A DNA stretch of 64,000 bases from Malacoraja senta (lineage: Eukaryota): NCBI GenBank assembly GCA_038087875.1, contig CM075979.1, forward strand, positions 39,990,001 to 40,054,000. The letters run 5' to 3'. This document shows, piece by piece, positions 48,446 through 60,900 of the stretch. The translations under genes and the position numbers were made by a program. The first letter of the stretch is position 1; the number at the start of each line of letters is the position of its first letter. The notes beneath the pieces were generated by a model. The model searched no databases. It had not been told where the DNA came from and saw only the letters and a program-made list of their open reading frames with translations.

Positions 48446-49062
48446 ATTCCTTACTACTGATCCAACCAGCAACTTAGCTTTTGGGGAATCCTGCACCAGC
48501 ATTCCCAAGTCCCTTTGCACCTCTGATTTCTGAATCCTCTTCCCATTTAGAACATAGTCTATGCCTTTATTCTTACTACCAAAATGCATGACTCCACTCT
48601 TTGCTACACTATATTCCATCTGATATTTCTTTGCCCACTCACCAACCTGTCTAAATCCTTCTGCAGATTTTCTGCTTTCTCTACTTTTCCGCCCCTCCAC
48701 CTTTCTTCATATTATCCACAAACTTGGCCACAAAGCCTTCAATTCTAAATCACTGATATACACCATGAAGAGTAGTGGACCCAGCACCGACCCCTGAGGA
48801 ACTCAGCTAGTTACTGGCAGCCAACCAGAAAAAGCCCACTTTATTCCCACTATTTGCCTTCTGCCATCCAGCCAACCTGCTATCCATGCTAGTATCTGCC
48901 CTCTGATACCATGGGCTCCCATCTTCTTTAGCACCCTTGCCTTATGAAAAGGCCTTCTGAAATTTTATAAGCAACATCCACTGACTCTCCTTTGTCTATC
49001 CAGCTATTTACTTCCTCAAAGACTTCCAACAGATTTGTCAGGCAAGATCTCTCCTCCACAAA
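48446..49062 (-). mobile_element. CR1 RT fragment (inverted CR1 piece at ~48340..48445)
   Basis: VPQGSVLGP-encoding stretch; EVQRDLGMLV. Confidence 0.82.
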
Positions 49063-49115
49063 AGTTGAGCAAGTTTTCTTTGCTTCGAATCCTCTGCTCC
49101 TGCCTCTGTTGCTTA

Positions 49116-49433
49116 TGGGCTTGTTCCACTTAGGCGATTTTTTTAGGCAACTACAGGCGACTAGATTGTCGCCACATGTTCACTGCTGGTCGCCGGGTGT
49201 AGTCTCCTCAGTCGCGCAAAAAGTCATAAGTCTTTCTGGTCGCCGCTAAATTTTCAACATGTTGAAATTTTTTCGCCGACAATGGGTTTGACGCCAATGA
49301 GCGTAGCTTGACGTAAGTGCTGCCGTAGGTTGTCACCAGGATGACGTAGGTTGTCGCCGGTTTTTCGGCGAGCTGCTACGACTATGACAGTCGACAGCAG
49401 TTGCCTAAATAATCGGCAAGTGGGACAGGCCCT
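49116..49433. mobile_element. PIF/Harbinger-like MITE
   Basis: TIR tgggcttgttccactt / aagtgggacaggccct; TTA TSD. Confidence 0.82.
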
Positions 49434-49593
49434 TTATGTTGTCATTTTTTATGCATACTTGGTTTGAACAAGAAACTGAAAATGGGGAATCTTATCGGAA
49501 CTTTTCCTGCATGGAAATGACAGGTATTGGTTGATATTTAATAGCAGCAGAGCGTTTGAGGATTTGTTTAAAAAATACCATAAATATATCTAC

Positions 49594-49722
49594 CTTCAAG
49601 CTGTAACGTGACATTGCAGAGACCTTGAGGGTTGAGGCAACTTTTAAAGCAGTGGACTCCACAAGGATGATAATGCCATTGACACATTTCAGGATTAGGG
49701 TTGTAGAAACTGCAGTACATGG
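49594..49722 (-). CDS. Mucin exon: TIL-3 (PMYCSFYNPNPEMCQWHYHPC...LE)
   Basis: ttcag/gtagat, 129 bp. Confidence 0.92.
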
Positions 49723-50304
49723 CTGAAATAACAGAACATAGATATTCACTGTACATGAAATTAAGATATTACATAGTTTTCTTCAGCCGTTATTTTCTTC
49801 AGCTGTTATTTCTATCACCAGTGTCTTGTCTCATTTCCTTTCCTTTTAACCACGAGTGGGACATTTTTATTGCTGCTTAAACTATTGATTTCTTCAATGT
49901 TCACCCCTCTGCATATGTTTTCTGTTGCTTATGACGCTGCATCTTCTGGCATCTTTCTAACATTAATATTCTCTAATCATCTTTAAATTTAATGATCAGA
50001 CATCTCTTTTATCTCACGCTATGTCAGAGGCGGAGTTCCAGCTCATTACCCACATTTGCAATTTGAGTATTGCTTAAAGTAAGATGAATCAGTTATTAAT
50101 CACAACTGCAAATATTTAAGTTTCATCATTATTTGTATTTTTAATTTGTGACTGAGCGAAGCTGTGTCCATCTGCAGCATTCACTTTCTGCATTGGGCCA
50201 TTCTTCACTTAACAACTGCTGGGAATGGAGATTTCCGGCACCAAGCAGCAAGTGACAGTAATTTCCAAGCTGTATTGGATAGGATGAAAATATATTTATT
50301 TACT

Positions 50305-50600
50305 TTAATTTCTTTCATAAAGATACAGCATAGAAACAGGCCCTTTGGTCCACTGAGTTCATGCTGATCATCGATCACCTGTTCACAATGGTTCCACGTT
50401 ACCCCACTTTGGCATCCGTTCCCTACACACTTGGGATGACTTTACAACCTACACATCTGCACGTCTTTGGGATGTGGGAGGAATCCAGAGCACCCAGAGG
50501 AAACTCACACGATCACAAGGAGAAAGTGTGAACTCCACACAGACAGCTCCTGAGGTCAGGTTTGAATCTGGGTCTCTGGTGCTGTGAGGCAGCAGCTCTT
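50305..50600 (-). mobile_element. V-SINE-like element
   Basis: V-domain and CR1-like tail. Confidence 0.75.
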
Positions 50601-51061
50601 TCAGAATTGTTTCCATGTACCTCCCCTCAATAATCGGACATTATTTTCTCTTAAGAACACCGTCAAGTTCACTGCAAATCATTGACATTGACAAGCGATC
50701 GCTTGAATAGACACTTTGCAATAATACTCTTAATCAAAGGAACATATAATCTATAGTATTTTTAGCATGCAGTAACATTGCCATTGAAAAGACCGTTACT
50801 TTTGAAAAACCTGTGACAAAAGTAACTTATTATTACATCTGAAATACTCTAGCTCCTAACCTTCCTCTGTTCCACAAAGACACAATTGTCATTATAACAT
50901 GGTTTTCTATAATACGAGATTACTAGGGATCGAACAAAAGCTTTGTAGCAGAACTACCTGTATTAGTATATGCTATCATCAAACAAGACCTGTAAAGTAA
51001 CAATATAGTGAATTGCTGATGAGTCCTTATAAATGACTGGGGCCATTACATGTTTATGTTT

Positions 51062-51240
51062 GGGTGATGTTTCGGGTTCAGACCCTTCTTCAAACTCTTT
51101 CTGAATGTCACTCATTACTTCTCTCTCGACCCGAAACGTCACCCATTCTATCTCTCCAAAGATGGTGCCTGTCCTGCTGAGTTACTCCAGCATTTTGTGT
51201 CTATCTTTGGTTTAAACCAGCATCTGCAGTTGCTTCCTTC
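51062..51240. mobile_element. Penelope-derived insertion with inverted 5' part
   Basis: TSD acatgtt(t)atgttt. Confidence 0.72.
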
Positions 51241-51348
51241 ACATGTTATGTTTACAACACTGTTACATTGGTCGTCCAAAGCTGATAATTTAATTACAAT
51301 TCCCATTCATGATTATAACTTCTGGAGTTAGTACTGTATGAAACTTAC

Positions 51349-51505
51349 GACAGATTTCAGGGGTCCTCCAGTTAACACATATCCCAGAATCATGACATGC
51401 ACTCCCATAGGCAGCTACCGCTGTGCAAAAACACTCGCAGTCTCCACCACTGTCACACGAGCAAGAATCATGGACACAAGCTTCAAAATATAGAGTCGGG
51501 TCAAC
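51349..51505 (-). CDS. Mucin exon: C8-3 (VDPTLYFEACVHDSCSCDSGGDCECFC...WRTPEIC)
   Basis: aacag/gtaag, 157 bp. Confidence 0.93.
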
Positions 51506-51596
51506 CTGTTGGTGAAGCAGATCACTACGTCTGGTGGCAGTTGGAAGGAAAGACAGCAAGAGAAAACAATTTTTAAAAAATGAATGAATTCACAAC

Positions 51597-51836
51597 CGTC
51601 ATGGAACAATTTTTGAAGATGTCGCCCGTGATTATACTGCACTGCTTCTCTGCCCAGGCTTTACGATGTGGATTCTTAATGCAAGGATCACGATCGGCCA
51701 CAGCATCGGGACAAGAGGCTCCCAGCTTCCAGGAATTGCCAAACTCAGTCACTTCTGTAACGACGGACTGGCCTCTTGTCATCAAGTCATTGTTGGCATT
51801 TCCATCAAAGTTACCACATAAGCCACAGGTGTTATG
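51597..51836 (-). CDS. Mucin exon: VWD3/C8-3 (TCGLCGNFDG...FGNSWK...WAEKQCSII)
   Basis: tccag acceptor, weak gttgtg donor, 240 bp; CGLCG motif. Confidence 0.92.
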
Positions 51837-51872
51837 CTGGAATCAAAAAGAAAACCAACCATATATATCTAC

Positions 51873-52194
51873 AGGTCCAACTGGAGGAACAGCACCTTAT
51901 ATTTCGCTTGGGCAGCTTACACACCAGCGGTATGAACATTGACTTCTCTAACTTCAAATAGCCCTTGCTTTCCCTCTCTCTCCATCCCCTCCTCCTTCCC
52001 AGTTCTCCTACCAGTCTTACTGTCTCCGACTACATTTTATCTTTGAACCGCCCACTCCCCTGACATCAGTCTGGAGGTCTCGACCTGAAACGCCACCCAT
52101 TCCTTCACTCCAGAGATGCTGCCTGTTCCGCTGAGTTAGTCCAGCATTTTGTGTCTATCTTCGATTTAAACCAGCATCTGCAGTTCTCCCGACA
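51873..52194 (+). mobile_element. 5'-truncated Penelope-like element (GIY-YIG C-terminus + 3' end)
   Basis: LEEQHLIFRLGSLHTSGMNIDFSNFK*; 13-bp TSD catatatatctac (51860..51872, 52195..52207). Confidence 0.85.
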
Positions 52195-52260
52195 CATATA
52201 TATCTACTAATACTTAAGTAGTGAGGAGAAATGATAGTATAAGGATAACTTTATTCATAC

Positions 52261-52440
52261 CTGGTAAGAAGGGTTCAGCTTAATAAAAACACTCGTTTTT
52301 TTGTCCCATATTAGAAGTAATCCAGTAGTAGTTTCAACTGTAAGGTAAAGTCCCAGAGTGCGGATAGTGAAAGGGATTTTACTGTTTTCATTTTGTTGAA
52401 TCAATTCGTGCTTCCCTTCTGCTAACTTCAGTTCAAAATT
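52261..52440 (-). CDS. Mucin exon: VWD3 (NFELKL...LIWDKKTSVFIKLNPSYQ)
   Basis: tgcag/gtatg, 180 bp. Confidence 0.93.
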
Positions 52441-52547
52441 CTGCATTGGGATGAGACAACAATTCAGCATTGCAGTAGGCAAAAGTACAATCGGGAAGAA
52501 TTTAAATGATTTCTTGGTGTGGAATTGCAAGCAAGAAAACTGAATAC

Positions 52548-52658
52548 CTGGAAAAAAAGCTTGATTGTTTTTGAGCAAGTTGTCCCAGTGGTTCCACAGG
52601 GAATATTTTCTGTGATTACGCTGAAGGTTCCATTGCTTTGATTATCTCCGCAGTAGTC
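52548..52658 (-). CDS. Mucin exon: VWD3 (DYCG...FSVITENIPCGTTGTTCSK)
   Basis: tgcag/gtattc, 111 bp. Confidence 0.93.
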
Positions 52659-52784
52659 CTGCAGATAAAACGTGAAGTAAAAAAACAGTGTCAGTAATTC
52701 AGAAATTGGTGTGAAAAAGGTTATGTTACTAGTTTGTTAACTTAAAAGAAATGCAGATTAGCACTAGGTAAAATATGGTGATAC

Positions 52785-53090
52785 GGCGGCACGGTGGCAC
52801 AGTGGTAGAGTTGCTGCTTTACAGCGCCAGAGACCCGGGTTCCATTCTGACTACGGGTGTTGTCTGTATGGAGTTTATATGTTTTCCCTGTGACCTGCGT
52901 GGTTTTCTCCGGGTGTTCCAGTTTTCTCCCACATTCCAAAGATGTATAGGTTTGCAGGTTAATTGGTTTGGTAAAATTGTAAATTGTCCCTGTACTGTGT
53001 AGGATAGTGTTCGTGCGGGGATCACTGGTTGACGTGGACTCGGTGGGCCGAAAGGCCTGTTAAAGGCTGTATCTCTAAACTAAACTTAAA
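52785..53090 (+). mobile_element. Full-length tRNA-derived SINE (HE1/V-SINE-like) with CR1-type tail
   Basis: A-box ggtggcacagtggta, B-box-like gggttccattc, V-domain, taaac tail. Confidence 0.85.
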
Positions 53091-53474
53091 TGTTGGTTTG
53101 CAGTTGGTAAGTTAAGTGTCCACTGTGAATTCCCTCCTCCTTGCATATTCTAACTCGGTAATGGCTTGGGGGGGGGGGGAGTTGGATGAGGGGGGGGGGG
53201 GATAATACTAGATAACTAGATACAGCTCTTAAAGATAGCGGAGTCAGGGGATATGGGGAGAAGGCAGGAACGGGGTACTGATTGGGGATGATCAGCCATG
53301 ATCACATTGAATGGCGGTGCTGGCTCGAAGGGCCGAATGGCCTACTCCTGCACCTGTTGTCTATTGTCTATAATACATTTTTTTGTTAATATCATATTCG
53401 TGTAGATCGGTGCTTGATGGTTGGTGTGGACAGAGTGGGCCAAAGGGCCTGTTCCTGTGATTCAGCGACGCGGA

Positions 53475-54323
53475 GCTTGGTGGTGTTGAGATAGTGAGGG
53501 CAGTTGTCTCAGGTTACAGCATAATACAGATCAATTAGAAAAGTGGGCAGAGCCTTGGCAGATGGAGTTTAACTTCAACAAGTGTGAGGTGATAAATCTT
53601 AGGAATTCAATTAGGGAAGGATGTGTACAGTAAATGGTATGTTGCTAAGTAATATTGATGAACTGGGGGACCTTAGAGTTCAAGTCCCCAGTTTGTTGAA
53701 AGTGGTCACACAAGCTGATAGAGTGGTGAAGAAAGTATATTACATGCTTGCCTTTATAGCTCAGGATATAGAATATAAATGTTGAGTCATTATATTTATA
53801 TTGATATAACACCGGGTAGACTGTACGGAGTATGGTGTGTGGTTCTGATGACCACTCTAGAGGAGATAAGGTTGCACTATAGAGAGTGCAGTAGATTCAC
53901 CCGGGTCATGCTCAGACTGGAGCACTTTAGTTGTGCAGAAAGAATGGATAAGATGGGCTTGTTTTCTGAGGAGCGAAGGAGGGTGGGGGGGGGGGGGTGG
54001 TTGAGCTGACAGATGTATATAAAATTATGAGGCATAGAAATAGTAGATATTCAGCGTCTCTTTCTCATGGTAGAGGTATCAAAAATGGGAATAGGTTCAA
54101 GGTGAGGGGAAGTGGTTTTAAAGGAAGGGGATGTTTTTTTACACAGAGGGCGGTTGATACCTGAAATTCACTACCAGATGAGGTGGTGGAATCAGACACA
54201 AACACATCCTTTGGGAGGTTTTTAGACAGGCAAAGCATCGAACATTACACACAATAGTAGATTGATATAAAGGATGTGGTGGGCCGAAGGGCCCATTTCT
54301 ATGCCATATGAATCTGTGACTCT
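53475..54323 (+). mobile_element. Degenerate CR1 LINE
   Basis: WQMEFN..KCEV; RDLRVQV motifs. Confidence 0.8.
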
Positions 54324-54544
54324 AATAGTGGCAGCTAAATTCATGTCGATGTTGCCTCATGAAACTGTAATGATGGGGACAAGGTTTTGACCAAAGGCCT
54401 CCTCATGATAGGAATGGAGAAAATTCAGCTGGAGGACTATCACAGAATTGTGTGAGAGTCCTTGAGAAATGTTACAGACGGCTCCCATGCCAGTCTAATG
54501 CTAGGTGCATTGTGCCAACATAAACAAGACAGATGGAACCTTAC

Positions 54545-54683
54545 CTGGGCAGCAACATATTCACAATCTCCCTCAAAGTTATAACGATTGCCATCAAATG
54601 TGATGTAGTGACCACTACCATATATTTTACAAGATCCAAGGCACTGATTTTGGGAACACATCCAGTTGCCTTTCGTACAGGTG
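54545..54683 (-). CDS. Mucin exon: start of VWD3 (CKIYGSGHYITFDG...CEYVAAQ)
   Basis: tttag/gtaag, 139 bp. Confidence 0.93.
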
Positions 54684-55871
54684 CTAAACAGAACAAGATG
54701 AATTGAGAGCAATAACATGATTACTAAGTAAGCTGAAGGACACATTGAGTTATGGTATGGAAATTCTGATCGATACTTCAAATCAAAAAGCTTTTTACTC
54801 TCATGAATTTAAGCTGTTGGTTTAAGTAGAGTTGCTAAGCGTTTGGAGTTCAGTAGGGGAGTGTGCGTACTAGGATCCATAGCATGAGCTACAAAACTAG
54901 TCTGTCTGTGTGTGCTAAGTCCTGAAATGATGACCCATTTTTCATGATAATTGTGGGTGAAATATTTTGCATTGTGCGCAATAATTTCGCCTTGTGGTGG
55001 TGCTGCATTGTTGCTTTGCCAACTGCTTGGAAATGGGTCAGGCTTTAAAGATCACATTCCATGGCAGCCACAGCACAGCAAAGAAGTGGAAAGAGGCTGA
55101 AGGTGCTGCAAGCTGGAACAAAAGCACATACTGCTGGAGGAACTCTGTGGGTCAGGCAGCATCTGTGGACCAGACTCTGCTGCTGCATTGCTGCGTTGCT
55201 GCAGCACCTTACTTTTTGCAGCAGAGAGTTTGCCGAGTTCTGTGACAGCAAGCTGCATTTCCATGCAGATATTTCTTTCAGCATAGACTTGATTTTAGAG
55301 TCATAGAGTCATTGAGTGATACAACGTGGAAACGGGCCCTTAGGCCCAACTAGTCCACACTAGCCCACAACCTGCCTGCATTTGGTTCATATGCCTCCAA
55401 ACCCGTCCTATCCATGTACCTGTCTAACTGATTCTTAAATGTTGGGATAAATTAAAAGGATAATTGGGATTAATTGGGATAAATTTTATTAAAAGATCAT
55501 GATGCATTTACACAGATACGGATTTGGGTAAATATTGCACCATTACGGGGGAGCAAAGCAATTGGTAAATGTCCAAGCCTAGAACGTCTTTCTTTGCAGC
55601 AACACACTGATGCACAGCCTATCAGAGGTTATGTGCTCTGTACTAGTTCTGAAATGTAGTTTTGTTGTAGATGGTCATTACCAATTTAGCATGAGTGATT
55701 AAGGCAAAATGTTTCCAGAATTTCTAAAGTATAATAGTTAACGTTAAATCTGTCTGAGCAAAGAGTAATTTCACAATTTTACTATCACATTTCTGAAACA
55801 CTTAGACAAACATGGTATCATACCATGATATATTTAACATTTGAAGATATTTTTTACAGTTTAAAATTTAC

Positions 55872-56023
55872 CAAGTGTCACAGCCGACTGCAAGTGTGCT
55901 GCTTGGAGGGTACGGGATATTATTGTGCATACAAGGGCAATGTTCCTCTATCACGCAGGCTCCCATTCCATTGTCCAGGAGCCCCTCAGGGCAAACGCAA
56001 CCCGACACACACTTTTCACTGTA
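55872..56023 (-). CDS. Mucin exon: TIL'/E' (YSEKCVSGCVCPEGLLDNG...CDTC)
   Basis: tacag/gtaaat, 152 bp; CVSGCVCP motif. Confidence 0.92.
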
Positions 56024-56310
56024 CTGTAGAGACCAAGAAGCAGATACAGTTTACGGTTAATATGGTTCACTTCTTGCAGTCATTTTTGTAATTGTGTTTG
56101 CATTCATCTTTTTTTAATTTGAGGCATTTTATGCGTAATTTATGTAGTATCTATGCATAATGTTATATGTATGTTTGTATGTATGTATATCTGTATGTAT
56201 CTATGTATGTGTAGGAAGGAACTGCAGATGCTGGTTTAAACCGAAGATAAACACAAAAAGCTGGAGTAATGCAGCGGGTCAGACAGCATCTCTGGAGAAA
56301 AGGAATCAGT

Positions 56311-56338
56311 GACGTTTCAGGTCAAGACCCTTCTTCAG
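56311..56338 (-). ncRNA. Minimal hammerhead-ribozyme-like core, sense to the mucin pre-mRNA
   Basis: Reverse complement CTGAAGA-A-GGGT-CTTG-ACCT-GAAAC-GTC. Confidence 0.55.
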
Positions 56339-56834
56339 ACTATGTATATTTGTCTATGTGCCTGTGATGTGGCTGCAAGCAAGATTTTCATTATACCGGT
56401 ACCTCACCGTACTTGTGCATATGACAATAGACTTGACTCAGGGCCCCGACCACGGGTGGACAAGGGAGGAGGAGGAGGAGGAGGAGGACTGTCTGAACTG
56501 TATTGCCTTCCACCACAGTGAAGAATGCCGTGGTGGATGTCTTTGTTGAATTATGTTGTGTATTATGTCCATTTCTAATTGTAACGCATTTCACTGCACC
56601 TTATGGTGCATGTGACCAATCAATTTGAATTTGAACGATCAATTGCCTATTAATCCAAATGTCTATCTCAATGTTACTAATTATTTCAATGAAAGGTTAT
56701 TTTGGCTTACTTATCATTCTTCAGTTCTATAATTCCAACGTTTGGGATATTACCCATATATACATATATACAGGGCATGTGTTTAATCTGTGATTGTACA
56801 AATTGTGAAACTTCATTCTGAAAACTCTACTTAC

Positions 56835-56935
56835 GCATTCAAAATCCAGGCTCCCACAGGTTCTACGGCATTCTACCCCCGTTGTGCCTGGCTCAGTTGT
56901 ATCACAGTTGATGTAGACCATAGTCTGTGGACACA
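56835..56935 (-). CDS. Mucin exon: TIL' (CPQTMVYINC...ECRRTCGSLDFEC)
   Basis: tgcag/gtaag, 101 bp. Confidence 0.92.
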
Positions 56936-57017
56936 CTGCAAAGTAGACAGATTTATGAGGATCATGTAATATATGTGAATATTCTTTTTTTTAAGACAAC
57001 AAGGTAGTAGGACTTAC

Positions 57018-57070
57018 CCATCATTCTTTCCAGTAATCTAGTGCACTGAACATTTCCATTTTTACATACA
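57018..57070 (-). CDS. Mucin exon (CVCKNGNVQCTRLLERMM)
   Basis: tgcag/gtaag, 53 bp, phases 2 to 1 fit neighbours. Confidence 0.88.
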
Positions 57071-57154
57071 CTGCAACAGAAAAGGAAATCAAATTGTATA
57101 TGTGCCACACAGTCATCATAATTGAGTAAAGATGCTCATGGAAACTTGATTTAC

Positions 57155-57410
57155 CAATGTGTATCTCCTATTCTGATCAGTTCTCCAGGGTTTAGGATGG
57201 TGCCCTGATAGAGGCATGGGCATTGGATCGAGGGCACACATTTGTCTTTCTCGTTCATATATGTTCCTTCCTTGCATCCGCATCCATCCACCGGCACATG
57301 TTGGATTCCACAAGTGACGTCTTTCTCACTCAGTGAATGACAAGTGCGCCTGCAGCTCTTCATGTCATAACCGTACGTCTGTGTCTCTGGGCAGCTTTTT
57401 GTGTAAGAGT
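57155..57410 (-). CDS. Mucin exon: TIL-2/E (SCPETQTYGYDMKSCRRTC...PVDGCGC)
   Basis: tttag/gtaaat, 256 bp; overlaps ORF 57151..57363. Confidence 0.92.
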
Positions 57411-57603
57411 CTAAAACAGTTACAGAACATAAGAAACATAAGAGCTGAAAACAATCTAGTCAGTATCAAAAACTTTATAATAAATCTTGCTAAGGAGGCT
57501 CTCGTGTGACCATATCTTCCATATTCTGAAACGACTAGTTTTAATTCTGATTAGAGTTTATCAATCTCAAAATTCATATCAGAAGCTACATTAAATAAAA
57601 ACT

Positions 57604-57815
57604 GAAGATAGACACAAAAAGCTGGAGTAACTCAGCGGGACAGGCAGAACCTCTGGAGCGAAAGAACGGGTGACGTTTCTGAATGGGTCTCGACCCGAAA
57701 CATCACCCATTCCTTCTCTCCAGCCTGCCCCACTGAGAAGCTGAGTTACTCCAGCTTTTTGTGTCTATCTTCGGTTTAATCCAGAATCTGCCTACACTTA
57801 AGTTACTTCCTACAC
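57604..57815. mobile_element. Hairpin Penelope-derived insertion
   Basis: 13-bp TSD ttaaataaaaact. Confidence 0.78.
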
Positions 57816-57849
57816 TTAAATAAAAACTAGTGGGAACTATGCTCACTAA

Positions 57850-58290
57850 CGAGGCTGGGCCATCCGCGGGCACAGGCTTGCCCACCATCAACAGCATCTC
57901 AATGGTCTCAAGAAAGTGATCCCAAGCACCTGAGCCATGCCCACTTCTTCCTTCCAGTGTTGGGCAGGAGGTGCAAAAGCATGGAATTGCACCCCACTAT
58001 CTTCAAGAATCGATATCTTCCTATAACCATCAGATTGTTAAACAAACGCACAATGCTAACCTACCTTTGACCATGGAGCACTATGGACCACTTCTTGCAC
58101 CACCATGGATATCTTTTCTAATTGTGTATTTCACTAATATCTCTTTCTTTTCACTGTCTTGTACGATGTGTGTAATTTATATATAACGTGTTTTTGTCTG
58201 TTGTCTGAATGTCTGTGCCTGCTGCAAGCAAGATTTTCATTGCATTCACTCTTCACCAAACTTGCACATATGACAGTGAAGAGACTTAAC
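57850..58290 (+). mobile_element. Degenerate Rex1/Babar-like LINE 3' end
   Basis: Remnant of HP.H.LF..LPSGRR..S..T.R.KNSFFP-type C-terminus. Confidence 0.5.
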
Positions 58291-59383
58291 TCCATGTCAG
58301 ACAATATTTTTAGTTTAAACTTGTCATCCTTCTACTCATGTGTCTCCCTGTCCTCACTGTTGGATGATTCTAAATTGCTTTGGACTTAATTATCAATAAG
58401 GCCATTTCTGCATTCCTGTTTTTTTATTGCTCCCCTTTTAGATTGGAAGACTTTCCTCCTGCAGAAGTATATAAAACAAGAAAGCGTTGGCTTAAAGTAT
58501 GTGGTAGGTTTGGAGGTGAGTTGAGAAATAATTTTCTTCACTCAGAGAATGGTTGGAATCTAGCATGCACTGCCTGACAGATTGTGGAGGCAGAGTCTCT
58601 CATATTTAAGAAGAACCTGGATGAACTCTTGAATCACAAAGCATAGATGACCATGTGCTGGAAAGTATCTGGGGTGTTCTGTTGCTGAGGTAGGATTAGG
58701 GTTGTGCAGGACAGTTTAAGAACCTGATGGTTGCAGGATGGTAGATATTCCTGAACCTGGTGGTGTGGAGTTTCAAGCTTATGGTTATGCTTCAAGCTCA
58801 TGCTTATGGTCAGTATGGGCCAAAGTGCCTGTCCCTATGTTCTTTGACTAAAATTGTTAGCAGGTTACACCTGAGCTAACTATGCCCTAATGTCTGAGAT
58901 TCCCTCTCTAAACTACTCTACCTTGCTCTCCTCTTTCAAAATACGTTTACAAACCTTCCAATTTAACAAGGTTTTTCATCCTAATAACCCTCCCGGTGGC
59001 ACAGTGTGAAATATAGGTTTATCATGTTCAACGTGCTATATAAATTCACATTGTTCTTGTGGAAGTTCAACTGGATGAGTGAAGTGAGAGTGTATTCAAA
59101 CACTGATGATGACGCACTCACTTGGAGCATCTTTAATCAAACACACGATGGTTCCCGGATGCATGAATTACTGAAAACACATCTTCAAATAAGATCAATA
59201 TTCTGCTGCATTGTTGTTTTTGCACGTAACTATTTCTGGAAAGAAGTTAAGAGACCTTTGAAAACGGAGTTGGCCATTACTTGTCAAATGGATCTGCTGT
59301 GAATATTCCTTCCTTTGTTAACCTAATATGTCAAAATTGTAAGATCCCACTGCACTGTATGAAAACACCAAACGTTTACTCAC

Positions 59384-59510
59384 TGCACACATTTCTTCGC
59401 CAGTTGGTTAACATGACTCCTTTGGTCGCACATGCTCGCACATAGGAATATATGGCAGCACACATGCAGTCCTCGTTTTTATCACAGTTGCAGCTGTCAT
59501 ATTTACATTT
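59384..59510 (-). CDS. Mucin exon: C8-2 (KCKYDSCNCDKNEDCMCAA...WRRNVC)
   Basis: cttag/gtgagt, 127 bp. Confidence 0.92.
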
Positions 59511-59574
59511 CTAAGGTAAAGGGAAAGTAAAAGGAATGTATTTGGATCACATACTTACAAGGGAGATCAATACT

Positions 59575-59855
59575 TGAGAGCATAGTTTTAAGGTGAGAGG
59601 AGAAAAGTTTAAAGGAGATGAGTGGAGCAAGTTTTTTTATATAGAGAGTGGTGGGGGCCTGGAACACGCTGCCAGGGGTGATAGTGGAGGCGGATACCAC
59701 AGTGGTGTTGAAGAAGCTTTTAAATAGGCACATGCAGGGAATGATGAATTATATGCAGGCAGATGGGATTAATTTATCTCGGCATCATCATAGGTTCAGC
59801 ACAGGCGCTGTGGGCCGAAGGGCCTGTGCCTATACTGCACTGTTCTATGTTCTAT
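59575..59855 (+). mobile_element. CR1 LINE 3' end
   Basis: RVVGAWNTLPGVIVEAD. Confidence 0.8.
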
Positions 59856-60805
59856 TTTCGAATACAACAAGGGATGTAACAAAAGCAGAAAAGGCCAGAG
59901 ATACTCAGCAGGTCTATGGAGAGCGAAATGAAATTTCAGCTCAATGTCCCGACACATCGACTATTTTTTTCTCTCCGCAGCTGCTACCTGACCTGCTGAA
60001 TGTCTCCAACATCCTCTCTGGTTTGGTCTTGTATTTCCATCCTATGCAGTTTTCTGCTTCATTCACAGAAGGGCATGTCATTGAAGACTGCCTCAGATTT
60101 ACTTCTGTGTGAATGCCCAGCTTTCGGGTGGCATTCCAAGTTATTATGACTCCGTTTCAGAAAATTATTTTGCATGAATTATTCTTCATCTACGCGTGAA
60201 GGTTTAAGGGAAGAAAAATCTGAAGCAACCAATTCTTTTTGCACAGTAGAGAAAGACTTGTAGTTCTGTAGGATATAATTAACAAAACACACTTTAAATG
60301 AACCCACTTGTAATGCAGGAATAACATCTGCTATTTTTACGATGGCAAACTCTCACATACAATAGGCAAGGATAAGCAGCTAATCTGTTTAAGCAATATT
60401 GATTGATGGAGAAAAATGTCAGGAGACAATGGATAACTGTGCTTTTTTTCAAAGTAGCATCATTGCAATTGTGTATGTTAGGGTTCAGAAGAATAAATGG
60501 GCCTTTGGTTTACTGTGGCCTTCTGAAGATGGCATTTTTGTTATTGCAGCACTCCCTCAGCTATGCAATAGTTGCAGTCAGGGGCAAGTGTGCTACCAAA
60601 TGAGGTGGTGCTGGCAGCTGCAGCTCAACCCGACAGTGGTTCATTTATTCTACTGAGATACATACAGCAGCAGAGGCCTGGAACTCCATTGGGTGGCAAT
60701 TCCATAACTGGTGTAAGTTCTAAGATCCAGGACCTTGTGTTTGGCAGAAGAGGAATGTTCACTGAAAAAACACTGGTAGCAGTACATGGAACAGTATTGT
60801 CTTAC

Positions 60806-60900
60806 CTTGAAGTACTCATTTGGATTGATGGTAGCGTGGCAAGGAGAAAATTCTCCTTCAGGCTTTTTCAGAAGGGCGCACCAATATTCAGCATAGTTTT
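60806..60900 (-). CDS. Mucin exon: C8-2 (NYAEYWCALLKKPEGEFSPCHATINPNEYFK)
   Basis: tgcag/gtaag, 95 bp, phase-compatible; C8 motif. Confidence 0.92.
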
